Shown here: positions 15,669 to 23,461 of the stretch, piece by piece
Layout: the number at the start of each line of letters is the position of its first letter
Numbering within the stretch: the first letter of the stretch is position 1
Origin: Patescibacteria group bacterium
GTDB taxonomy: Bacteria; Patescibacteriota; Minisyncoccia; Phycocordibacterales; UBA2100
Assembly (NCBI GenBank): GCA_038061075.1
Contig: JBBUAA010000083.1
Coordinates: forward strand, 1-35,235
Reading direction: 5' to 3'
DNA length: 35,235 bases
The notes under the pieces: model-generated
The model's input: only the letters and a program-made list of their open reading frames with translations
Databases searched by the model: none
Told to the model about the DNA's origin: nothing
Made by a program: the position numbers and the translations under genes

Positions 15669-15896
15669 TTAGCGATTCTTGAAGTACGAGGAGCGGGAGA
15701 GACCCTTTTCGAGGCTCTTCAAGAATGCCGGAGAATATTTCTTGGTGGCACGGAAGTCGCGCATAACTTCTTTAATATTCTTTGTCGGCGGTGGACTAAA
15801 GATGTCCTCGCGCGCAACGGTGATTATGCGGTCGTAGGCGACAGCACGCCGCCTCAAGATTTCGTACTTTGTTTTGCTGATGGTCACAGTGCTCAT
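15669..15896 (-). CDS. Putative cognate antitoxin (unknown family)
   Basis: 75 aa from ATG 15896 (MSTVTISKTKYEILRRRA...). TATATT lies 8 nt upstream. The longer 16022 start would overlap ndk. Confidence 0.5.
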   Translation of the reverse strand: MSTVTISKTKYEILRRRAVAYDRIITVAREDIFSPPPTKNIKEVMRDFRATKKYSPAFLKSLEKGLSRSSYFKNR

Positions 15897-15951
15897 ACAT
15901 GCACAATATAGCATATCAGCAAGTTTCTGAAAATATGCTACAGTACTCCCC

Positions 15952-16560
15952 ATGAAAGCCCATCCGAAGAAAGAACGCACGCTCGTCATCTTGAAGCCCG
16001 ACGCCATCCAGCGCGCGCTCATGGGTGAGATAATCGCCCGCTATGAGCGGCTCGGCTTGAAGCTTGCCGGACTCAAGATGGTGGTCCCGACGCCGGAGCA
16101 GATAGAGGGGCACTACACGCTCGACCCCAATTGGCGGCGCGTGACCGGCGAGAAGACCATCAAGAGTTACAAGGACAGGGGACTGACGCCTCCCTCGGAA
16201 GACCCGCTCGCGATTACCGCGGTCATTCTCAAGAATCTCAAGAAGTACATGACCGCCGGCCCCGTCATCGCGATGGTCTGGGAGGGAGCGCACGCGGTGG
16301 AGCTCGTCCGCAAGGTGACCGGCGGCACGGAGCCGCGCTCGTCCCCCATCGGCACCATCCGCGGTGATTTCGTCGTGGATTCCTACGTCATGTCCGATCA
16401 GGATGACAGGGCGGTACGCAATCTCATCCATGCATCCGGCTCCGTTCCCGAAGCCGACATGGAGATACCGCATTGGTTCAAAAAAGACGAGATCATCGAC
16501 TACAAGGTGACGCGCGAGGACATTCTCTACGCCAAAGAACTTGAGGGCATCCTTCCGTAA
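15952..16560 (+). CDS. ndk: Nucleoside diphosphate kinase (long form with an internal insertion)
   Basis: ERTLVILKPDAIQR..., GPVIAMVWEG, GTIRGDF, NLIHASGS. TACAGT lies 7 nt upstream of the ATG. Confidence 0.9.
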   Translation: MKAHPKKERTLVILKPDAIQRALMGEIIARYERLGLKLAGLKMVVPTPEQIEGHYTLDPNWRRVTGEKTIKSYKDRGLTPPSEDPLAITAVILKNLKKYMTAGPVIAMVWEGAHAVELVRKVTGGTEPRSSPIGTIRGDFVVDSYVMSDQDDRAVRNLIHASGSVPEADMEIPHWFKKDEIIDYKVTREDILYAKELEGILP

Positions 16561-16616
16561 CTTCTTCTGCACCGCGCAACACTTGCGTTCCGGCATGCGG
16601 GTGTATACTTCTTGTA

Positions 16617-16765
16617 GCGGTCGGTACTTTAACCTGCTTGGTACAAGAAAGGGAATTCTTACATCACTTCACGCCTACGGTGTGAATGTTGCGGAAACCC
16701 ACCTGGTCCAAACCCAGGCTTGCCGTACCTGCCGCACCAAAAAACTCCGCTCGTGCGGAGTTTTT
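16617..16765 (+). ncRNA. Candidate ~150-nt structured small RNA (unclassified)
   Basis: TATACT at 16604-16609 with no start codon at +7. The 5' GCGGTCGGTAC (16617-16627) pairs with GTACCTGCCGC (16725-16735). Ends in hairpin CTCCGC-tcgt-GCGGAG plus TTTTT (16745-16765). Confidence 0.3.
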
Positions 16766-16848
16766 CGGAAGTAGCAAGTATCAAAACTCAAGTATCAAAC
16801 CCACACTCACTTGCTACTTGATACCTGTTGCTTGATACTTACCACACT

Positions 16849-17211
16849 ATGCCCCGAAAACTTCTTTTTTTTCAGCTTCTTATCCTCGTTCCGCTCGCCG
16901 CGCTTCATGTCGCGGGCCTCGCGCTCTACCTGTACTGGTATTTTCCGTGGTTCGACCTCATTACGCACTTCATGGGAGGCATGTGGGCGGGTGCCTTTCT
17001 TCTGTGGTCACGCGCGCAGGCGGGGTATGCGCCCAGCCTTCTCTTCGTCGTAGGAGGGACGCTTTTGATCGGCGTCGTGTGGGAGATATTTGAGTTGGCC
17101 GCCGGCATCCCTCGCGACGCCAAGTATGTTTTCGACACCAACCTCGACCTTCTCATGGATGTTCTCGGTTCCCTGTGCGCTTTCGGCATCGTACGGTCGC
17201 TCACGCGCTGA
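16849..17211 (+). CDS. Hypothetical integral membrane protein
   Basis: About 120 aa with four hydrophobic segments. Start at ATG 16849 preferred. Confidence 0.55.
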   Translation: MPRKLLFFQLLILVPLAALHVAGLALYLYWYFPWFDLITHFMGGMWAGAFLLWSRAQAGYAPSLLFVVGGTLLIGVVWEIFELAAGIPRDAKYVFDTNLDLLMDVLGSLCAFGIVRSLTR

Positions 17212-17246
17212 CCCGACTTCCTTGAAGAGTGGTATACTATCCCTCG

Positions 17247-17930
17247 ATGATGAAAAAAATAATTCACCCGAATCACGTGGCGGTGCCCCGCAATTTCTGC
17301 CGCCTTCCCAACGGGTACGGCGTCGTCAAAATATGCGTTTCAGGTGCCGCAGAGACCGGCTACTGCGGCCTCGATGCGTTCGAGAAAGCAAAAGAGGTCG
17401 GGCGCGAAATAGCAAAGCACGGGGCCATCATCATGACCGGCGCCACGACCGGATTTCCCCTCTATGCCGCCATGGGTGCCAAAGACGAGTGCGGCTTCTC
17501 GATAGGGTTTTCACCCGCCGCAGGCGAGCGCGAGCATCTGGAGACGTATAAACTCCCCTTGGATTATATGGATGTTGTGGTCTACACGGGTTTTGGATAT
17601 TCGGGCCGCGACCTGCTTCTCGTCCGCTCGTCGGATGCGGTCATCATCGGATGCGGGCGCATCGGCACGCTCAATGAGTTCTCGGTCGCATTCGAGGATC
17701 ATCGCCCTATCGGCATCCTCGAGGGCACATGGGAGACCGACGAGATATTACGCCGCGTCATAGAGACCGCGCATCGGCCCAACGGGAAGATCATTTATGA
17801 CTCTGACCCGAAAGCGATGATCGAGCGCCTGCTCGAACTTGTGCAGAAGGACAAAGAGGTGACGAATCTCGTCTACAACACTTCCGACAAGTGGGACGCG
17901 ACGGGAAAGAACGCGGAGTATATATTGTAG
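17247..17930 (+). CDS. SLOG/LOG-like Rossmann protein (TIGR00725-like)
   Basis: ICVSGAAETG..., IMTGATTGFPLYAAMGA, GCGRIGTLNEF. Start set at ATG 17247, which lies 8 nt after TATACT (17233-17238). Confidence 0.65.
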   Translation: MMKKIIHPNHVAVPRNFCRLPNGYGVVKICVSGAAETGYCGLDAFEKAKEVGREIAKHGAIIMTGATTGFPLYAAMGAKDECGFSIGFSPAAGEREHLETYKLPLDYMDVVVYTGFGYSGRDLLLVRSSDAVIIGCGRIGTLNEFSVAFEDHRPIGILEGTWETDEILRRVIETAHRPNGKIIYDSDPKAMIERLLELVQKDKEVTNLVYNTSDKWDATGKNAEYIL

Positions 17931-18004
17931 CTGTCAGTGGTCAGCTTTCAGCTGTCAGAAAAATCTTCTTTGCTTACTGAAACCTGAAAGCCGAAACCTG
18001 AAAG

Positions 18005-18352
18005 CTATTTAGTGAGCTGCGACACAAGTCGCGTGAACGCCTCGGGGTGGTCCTTGGCGAGTCCCGCAAGTACCTTGCGGTCGAGCGCGATCTCCTTTTT
18101 CTTGAGGACATTGATGAGCCGTGAGTAGGTGATGCCGAGCGGGCGCGCGGCGGCATTGATGCGCAGGGTCCAGAGGTTGCGGTATTCACGCTTCTTCGCT
18201 CTGCGGTGACGGAATGCATGAACGCCCGCGTGGTGGATGGCCTCCTTGGCGACGCGCTCTTTTGTAGAGCGTCCGAAGCGGTAGCCCTTCACCTGCGAAA
18301 GGATGTTCTTCCGGTGCTTATTCTTCATCACCCCGCGCTTTACTCTGGACAT
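18005..18352 (-). CDS. rplT: 50S ribosomal protein L20
   Basis: MSRVKRGVMKNKHRKNILSQVKGYRFGRS...RRAKKREYRNLWTLRINAAAR. Confidence 0.96.
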   Translation of the reverse strand: MSRVKRGVMKNKHRKNILSQVKGYRFGRSTKERVAKEAIHHAGVHAFRHRRAKKREYRNLWTLRINAAARPLGITYSRLINVLKKKEIALDRKVLAGLAKDHPEAFTRLVSQLTK

Positions 18353-18355
18353 ATA

Positions 18356-18538
18356 TTAGCTTGAAAGATAACGGCTACGGTCCTGAAGGGTCATTTCGGT
18401 CGCGCCCTGCCGGCGGCGGCGCATGCGCCCTCTGCCTGATTCCTTGGCATTGAAGTGGTTTTGCCCCGGTACGCGCGCGACTATCTTGCCGCGACGCGTA
18501 AGACGGAGGCGTTTCGAGAATGATTTGTTCGATTTCAC
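18356..18538 (-). CDS. rpmI: 50S ribosomal protein L35
   Basis: MKSNKSFSKRLRLTRRGKIVARVPGQNHFNAKESG... Synteny infC-rpmI-rplT. Confidence 0.93.
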   Translation of the reverse strand: MKSNKSFSKRLRLTRRGKIVARVPGQNHFNAKESGRGRMRRRRQGATEMTLQDRSRYLSS

Positions 18539-18634
18539 AGTCGCGCCATTGTGCCAGAATGAACGAAAAAAGCAAGCTTTTCAGCTCGAAACGCCTCATC
18601 GCCGCACCCCTTGCGGGGTGTCTCGGAAGTTTCT

Positions 18635-19249
18635 TCAGTCGGCCTCTTTCTGTTCGACGACCGGCGTGGCCTCCGGCTTTGCCGGTTTGGGAGTTTGTGG
18701 CTTTTTTGCGGGGTCACGCTCCAAGACCACCGAGAGACCTTTCGGTCCTTTTTGGATGGACTCGGCTACGCGATAGCTTTCAGGGATGACCGCGAGGAAG
18801 CGTTCGAGCCGCTCCTTTAGGAACTCGAATTCCATGTACTTGTAGCGGCCCCAGAGGAAGAGGTCGACTTTCACGCGGTGCCCCTCACGCAGCCAGATGG
18901 CGGCCTTCGATGCCTTGATATGCATGTCGCGCTCGGAAGTGCCGATTTTCACCTGCGTCACTTTTGTCTCGGTGACGTGCGCCTTCGACTTCACCTCTTT
19001 TTCTTTTTTCTTCTGCTCGTATTTGAATTTGCCGTAATCGGTGATCTTGGCGACGGGCGGGTCCGCATTGGGCGATATCTCGAGAAGGTCGAGTCCCATC
19101 TGCTGCGCTTTGAGGAAGGCGTCGCGGGTCGCCATGACGCCGAGGTTCTGGCCTTCAGGCCCCAAGACGCGCACCTGCGCGGCGCGGATGCCCTCGTTCA
19201 TGCGGATGCGCACCTTTTCCGCCTGCGATGTGTATTTGGTGAATCCCAT
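18635..19249 (-). CDS. infC: Translation initiation factor IF-3 with a Lys/Pro-rich C-terminal tail
   Basis: RMNEGIRAAQVRVLGPEGQNLGVM..., DLLEISPNADPPVAKITDYGKFKYEQ. The start is uncertain because IF-3 genes often use atypical starts. Confidence 0.9.
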   Translation of the reverse strand: MGFTKYTSQAEKVRIRMNEGIRAAQVRVLGPEGQNLGVMATRDAFLKAQQMGLDLLEISPNADPPVAKITDYGKFKYEQKKKEKEVKSKAHVTETKVTQVKIGTSERDMHIKASKAAIWLREGHRVKVDLFLWGRYKYMEFEFLKERLERFLAVIPESYRVAESIQKGPKGLSVVLERDPAKKPQTPKPAKPEATPVVEQKEAD

Positions 19250-19420
19250 CCCGTTAGAGGTAGGAAGCTTGCGCTTCCGACGCGGATATACGTTTTGGTA
19301 AAATTCTCATTTTCTGCGAATGTGTCATCTGTATAATACTACACGAAACTTCCGTAACCTCTAACGGGACCCATTTGGTGCGGGCACTATACCACGGCAA
19401 TTGCAAGCGTGACAATCGTG

Positions 19421-20833
19421 TCACTCACTCATCAGATATTCGCCCGTGCCTCCCGACCTGCCAAAAGGCCGCAGGTATTCGAGTATCCGCAGCACAACCG
19501 CCTTCATGTCGGCGAGCGCTTTTTGGAACGTCGACTGCTGCGGCGGATTTGTGTATGCACCGGAGCTTTGGCCGAGGTCGGGGGAGACAAAGGTCTGCTG
19601 TGAGTCCGGCGGAGCAAACTGATACGCATCGGCAAGCGCTCCGGCAGGAGTTTGTGCCTGCACATTTCCGTCCAGCGTCATCACCGCTTGGCCGTTCAAT
19701 CCTGTCAGGTCGACCGATGTCGCGATATTCGTCGTGACGGTCACGATGGTCGGTCCCGCAAACGCACTCAACTGCTCGAACACGGAAGGCGTCTTAGTCG
19801 CCGTGCCCGCAGGGGTCGGGGTCGGCTTCGTACTCGAGGACAAAAGCGTGGTGAGCACATCGGTCGAGGCCGGAGTGCCTACGCACGAAGTCCCCGAACA
19901 TCCTTTGGGACACACCTGATTGATCTGGTCGACACAGCTACTCGAGCGATAGTAGAGATTGTTGTTGGAGCAATAGAATTGCGGAGCGCAGGTGCCTGCC
20001 TGATACGGCGTCGTGTTCGAGGTACCGAGAGGGGGCGGAGCCGATGCGGGCGGCATTTGTTGCGGCTGCGGCTGCACGGGGAGCGGCTGCGGTGTCGGTT
20101 GCGGATTGATGGCGTTACGGATGGCGTTGGAGATGGGAGAGGAAGCCAGTCCGGGATTCGGAATGCCCGAAGTGTCGGCGCTTATTTTCACACCTCCGTC
20201 GCAGTGCAGTGTCGCAGGGGTACAGCTTGCCCCCGGAGTTTCGTTGCATTGGATATGGACGTGAGAATAATCTCCCGCAAAGTATGCGATCTTCACGCCG
20301 AATGCGGCGTTCGGCTTCTTCACTCCAAGGACCTCTTGCAGCATCCAGTTGATACACTTCCGGTCAGAGGCGATATCGGCCGCAAGTCCATACTGATGGC
20401 ATGAATTACCCTGCGCTGCGCAACCATTACGGGGGGCACCGCATCCTTGCGTGGCGCGGAATGCGCTCACTATCTTGAAATTACATCCGCGCTGTTTTGC
20501 GAACCGCAGGAGTTTTACGAGGCGGCATGCGAGAGCCGGATCAAGCCCGGCCTTAAATGTGGTGTCGGTTCCGGCACGCGGGGTGATCCCGCCCGCGCCC
20601 TTGAATTCCGATTCAAGAACAGCAAAGGCGTTGAAATCGCAACCCCCTTTCAACGCCTTCATGGCTTCGTCGGTCGTCAGTTGGGACCGAACGCCGAGGA
20701 AGTTGAGCATCTGCTGTTCCTCCGGCGTCGCGGGGCGCGGTTCTCCGGCCGCGAAGACGGATACCGCACTTACAAACAAAAGAAATCCGGAGATAAGCAG
20801 AATGCCGGAGAATTTCCATGCGCCTGCGGTCAT
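19421..20833 (-). CDS. Secreted LAS/peptidase-M15-like metallopeptidase, paralog 1
   Basis: Signal/anchor ILLISGFLLFVSAVSVFAAG. SAFRATQG...CHQYGLAADIAS...YSHVHIQ fits the H-x6-D...H-x-H zinc site. P/Q linker, 6-Cys module, T/P linker, C-terminal LEYLRPFG. TATACT lies 6 nt upstream of the ATG. Confidence 0.7.
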   Translation of the reverse strand: MTAGAWKFSGILLISGFLLFVSAVSVFAAGEPRPATPEEQQMLNFLGVRSQLTTDEAMKALKGGCDFNAFAVLESEFKGAGGITPRAGTDTTFKAGLDPALACRLVKLLRFAKQRGCNFKIVSAFRATQGCGAPRNGCAAQGNSCHQYGLAADIASDRKCINWMLQEVLGVKKPNAAFGVKIAYFAGDYSHVHIQCNETPGASCTPATLHCDGGVKISADTSGIPNPGLASSPISNAIRNAINPQPTPQPLPVQPQPQQMPPASAPPPLGTSNTTPYQAGTCAPQFYCSNNNLYYRSSSCVDQINQVCPKGCSGTSCVGTPASTDVLTTLLSSSTKPTPTPAGTATKTPSVFEQLSAFAGPTIVTVTTNIATSVDLTGLNGQAVMTLDGNVQAQTPAGALADAYQFAPPDSQQTFVSPDLGQSSGAYTNPPQQSTFQKALADMKAVVLRILEYLRPFGRSGGTGEYLMSE

Positions 20834-20896
20834 GGGAGAAGTATAGCAGCGAGATGTTGCCTTGGGCGCACGGCCCCCGTTCTCCCTGTGCAGACG

Positions 20897-22306
20897 CTAG
20901 AGCAATCCCTCTGCGTTTTCGCCGCCATCGCCTGACGTTGCCCCGCCGAACGGTCTCAAATACTCGAGCGCGCGCAAGACGATACCCTTGAGACTTGCGA
21001 GAATGCCTTGGAATCCGGAAGCCTGTTGGGGTGAATATTGGGAAGTCGCGGGGCTGCCGGAGAGGTCGGGCGAGACAAATGTTTGTTGCGTCGGAGCGAG
21101 TTGGTAGGTTCCCTGCGATGTTGTAGGTGCGACCTGTTCCGACTGTTGCGAACGGAGGCTCACGGAGTCTTTACTTGTAATGACAAGCACAAGAGGTGTG
21201 CTGGAAGCGGCTTTGGTTGGTTGCGCTTGCGTCCCCGCAAACGCACTCAACTGCTCGAACACGGAGGGCGTTCTGGTCGCCGTGCCCGTAGCGGTTGGCG
21301 TAGGTTTCGTGGTAGATGATAGCAGTGTCGTCAAGATGTCGGTCGACACCGGAGCATCTATGCACGAGACTCCCGAACATCCCTTGGGACACACCTGATT
21401 GATCCGGTCGACACAGCTACTCGAGCGATAGTAGAGATTGTTGTTGGAGCAATAGAATTGCGGAGCGCAGGTGCCTGCCTGATACGGTGTTGTGTTTGCG
21501 GTACCCAAAGGCGGCGGAGCCGATGCGGGCTGCGTTTGTTGCGGAGGCGGCTGCACGGGAGCGGGCTGCAGCGCGGGCTGCGGATTGATGGCGTTCCTGA
21601 TGGCGTTGGTGATGGGGGAGGAAGGGGTAGCATTCGTAGCGCCGGGAACGGCAACATTTTGCCCCCTCCCGCACGCGACCGTTGCAGGCTCCAGATGTAC
21701 GCGGTCGCCCATTCCGTGCGGAAAGAAAACGCCGAGTTTCGGATTGCTTCTCGCAAATGCCTGCATCCGTGCGTAATCCCGGCTCGCCGGTGTTATGTCA
21801 ATCGCGACGCCGCGTTGATGATTGGATCCTCCTACGACGACTCCGCTCTTGGGGTCAACCTTACCCGGCTTGCCGCACAAGCCCTTCTCTCCCTGACAGA
21901 CGCACACTTGTTGCTGGGGAAGGCGGAATGCCGAATTGACGCGGATCGGATCCCCGTAAGTGCTCTGGTACGCGCGCACGAAGTTGGCCGCGCATATCGA
22001 GAATTGCGCATTGAGTCTGCCGATACTCTCGTCACTTTCCGTCCCGCACCGGCTCTTCGCTTCCTTAGGCAGACTTTTCAGGTACTCCTTTGCCTGCCCA
22101 CTTTCGGGTGTCACTCCCGATTGCTGATAGACCGACGGACACACTTGCGAACCCGGCGGGTATCCCGCCGCTTCGTCCAACTTATTTGCCGTATGCGGAT
22201 TATTGCAGGGAAGGCCGTTTGCCGCGTTGACGGCGAATGGAAATAGCACGAGCGCCGTGAGGAGGAATGCTCTAGCGAGATGCAGCGCACCCGTAGTTCG
22301 ATACAT
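20897..22306 (-). CDS. Secreted LAS/peptidase-M15-like metallopeptidase, paralog 2
   Basis: Start set at ATG 22306 (MYRTTGALHLARAFLLTALVLFPFAVNA), 8 nt after TATACT. SAFRLPQQQ...NHQRGVAIDITP...GDRVHLEP. The C-terminal half is closely similar to paralog 1. Confidence 0.7.
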   Translation of the reverse strand: MYRTTGALHLARAFLLTALVLFPFAVNAANGLPCNNPHTANKLDEAAGYPPGSQVCPSVYQQSGVTPESGQAKEYLKSLPKEAKSRCGTESDESIGRLNAQFSICAANFVRAYQSTYGDPIRVNSAFRLPQQQVCVCQGEKGLCGKPGKVDPKSGVVVGGSNHQRGVAIDITPASRDYARMQAFARSNPKLGVFFPHGMGDRVHLEPATVACGRGQNVAVPGATNATPSSPITNAIRNAINPQPALQPAPVQPPPQQTQPASAPPPLGTANTTPYQAGTCAPQFYCSNNNLYYRSSSCVDRINQVCPKGCSGVSCIDAPVSTDILTTLLSSTTKPTPTATGTATRTPSVFEQLSAFAGTQAQPTKAASSTPLVLVITSKDSVSLRSQQSEQVAPTTSQGTYQLAPTQQTFVSPDLSGSPATSQYSPQQASGFQGILASLKGIVLRALEYLRPFGGATSGDGGENAEGLL

Positions 22307-22362
22307 ATGAGTGAAGTATACCCACAAAAGTCAGAATGCGGATGCGTCGTGCGGGTATTTCT

Positions 22363-23013
22363 TCATGAGGGACAAACGCCGTCGGCCCACAACCCTTTTT
22401 TATTTTCACGCGCTTCCTTTTCGGCAGCCTTGAACTCCGTTTGGTATTTGTACGGAAGGTTGTAGGTGTACTCGTGCCCGTACCCTTTGGCGATCATGTA
22501 TTCATTGATGAGGATACCTTCCTGCTTCGAACTCGCCGGTACATATACATATGCAAGCAGACGCCCGTATTTGTCATACGTGCCCTGCGACGGGTCCGTC
22601 TCAAGCCTGACATATCCGACACCGAATCCCTGTTTTGCTTCATCCGATGCCTCCTTTCCGAAACACTGCACGGGCTTTCGCGGGTCAACCGTCTCGGGCG
22701 TATCGAGTCCGATGAGCCGCACCGTCACGTTTGCCCCGTCTATCTCGACGACGAGCGTATCGCCGTCCACGACCCGCACGACCTTGTACCATTCGTCCGA
22801 GTCTATCGTCGTCGGCGTGACCGCAGGCGGCTCGGCGCGTTCTTGTGACGCGACGGGGCCTGAACTTTGGAGCGGGGGAGAGGAAGCAAAAGAAATGATA
22901 ATGCCGAGCCCGATGAGGGATGCGATGAGCGTGAGCGTCCGCGTGTTCACGCTCTCATTGTATCCCGCTCTTTCGGCATGAAAAAGAAAGGGCGGGATTG
23001 TAGCCGACTTCAT
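22363..23013 (-). CDS. Membrane-anchored/secreted thermonuclease (SNase-like)
   Basis: VVDGDTLVV...RLIGLDTPET...GRLLAYVY...KGLWA are classic staphylococcal-nuclease motifs. N-terminal TM LTLIASLIGLGIIISF. Confidence 0.85.
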   Translation of the reverse strand: MKSATIPPFLFHAERAGYNESVNTRTLTLIASLIGLGIIISFASSPPLQSSGPVASQERAEPPAVTPTTIDSDEWYKVVRVVDGDTLVVEIDGANVTVRLIGLDTPETVDPRKPVQCFGKEASDEAKQGFGVGYVRLETDPSQGTYDKYGRLLAYVYVPASSKQEGILINEYMIAKGYGHEYTYNLPYKYQTEFKAAEKEARENKKGLWADGVCPS

Positions 23014-23033
23014 TCGAGGGTAATATTCGCCGT

Positions 23034-23459
23034 ATGGTAGATATCGTTCAGCTGAAGCAGGCGGATGCAGAAACGTCCGAGCAGATACACGCGCTCATCC
23101 AACAGCTCGACGAGCAGAAGAGTTGCACCCCCCAACACTTGCAGGGGCTCGTAGAAAGCCCGACCGCCGAATTGTGGGTCGCGCGCGAAGGCGGGAAAAT
23201 CGTCGGGATGGCGACGTTGACGCTTGCGACGCGCATATCGGGCCTCTCCGCGCGGATGGACGACGTCGTCGTGGATGCAAGTCAGCGGGGCAAAGGCGTG
23301 GGAAAGTCGCTCTGCGAAAAGATAATCGAGCGCGCAAGGACACGCGGCGCCCGCTCACTCCATCTTACGAGCCGGCCGTCGCGGGAGGCGGCGAACAAGC
23401 TCTACCAAAAACTCGGATTCAGGCTCCACGAGACGAATTCGTACCAGATACGGTTGTAG
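23034..23459 (+). CDS. GNAT-family N-acetyltransferase
   Basis: 141 aa. VVVDASQRGKGVGKSL (Q/RxxGxG/A motif), ...ANKLYQKLGF. Confidence 0.8.
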   Translation: MVDIVQLKQADAETSEQIHALIQQLDEQKSCTPQHLQGLVESPTAELWVAREGGKIVGMATLTLATRISGLSARMDDVVVDASQRGKGVGKSLCEKIIERARTRGARSLHLTSRPSREAANKLYQKLGFRLHETNSYQIRL

Positions 23460-23461
23460 CC

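Noticed and set aside
16617-16765. Assignment of the candidate sRNA to SRP RNA, 6S RNA or RNase P RNA
   Set aside because: I found no SRP domain IV motif (GGAA tetraloop with an AGCA/GGA symmetric loop) and no RNase P GAGGAAAGTCC motif. It is too short for RNase P. It is kept only as an unclassified candidate.
19375-22246. Plus-strand ORFs antisense to the two M15 peptidase genes (for example 19652-20404 and 21458-22246)
   Set aside because: They are Arg/Gly/Cys-rich antisense frames of clearly coding minus-strand genes. The TATAAT at 19332-19337 has no start codon at leaderless spacing.
23123-23461. N-terminal extension of thrC (ORF track start 23123)
   Set aside because: The extension is Arg-rich, overlaps the GNAT gene in another frame, and precedes the canonical MRYVSTRGG threonine synthase N-terminus at 23462.
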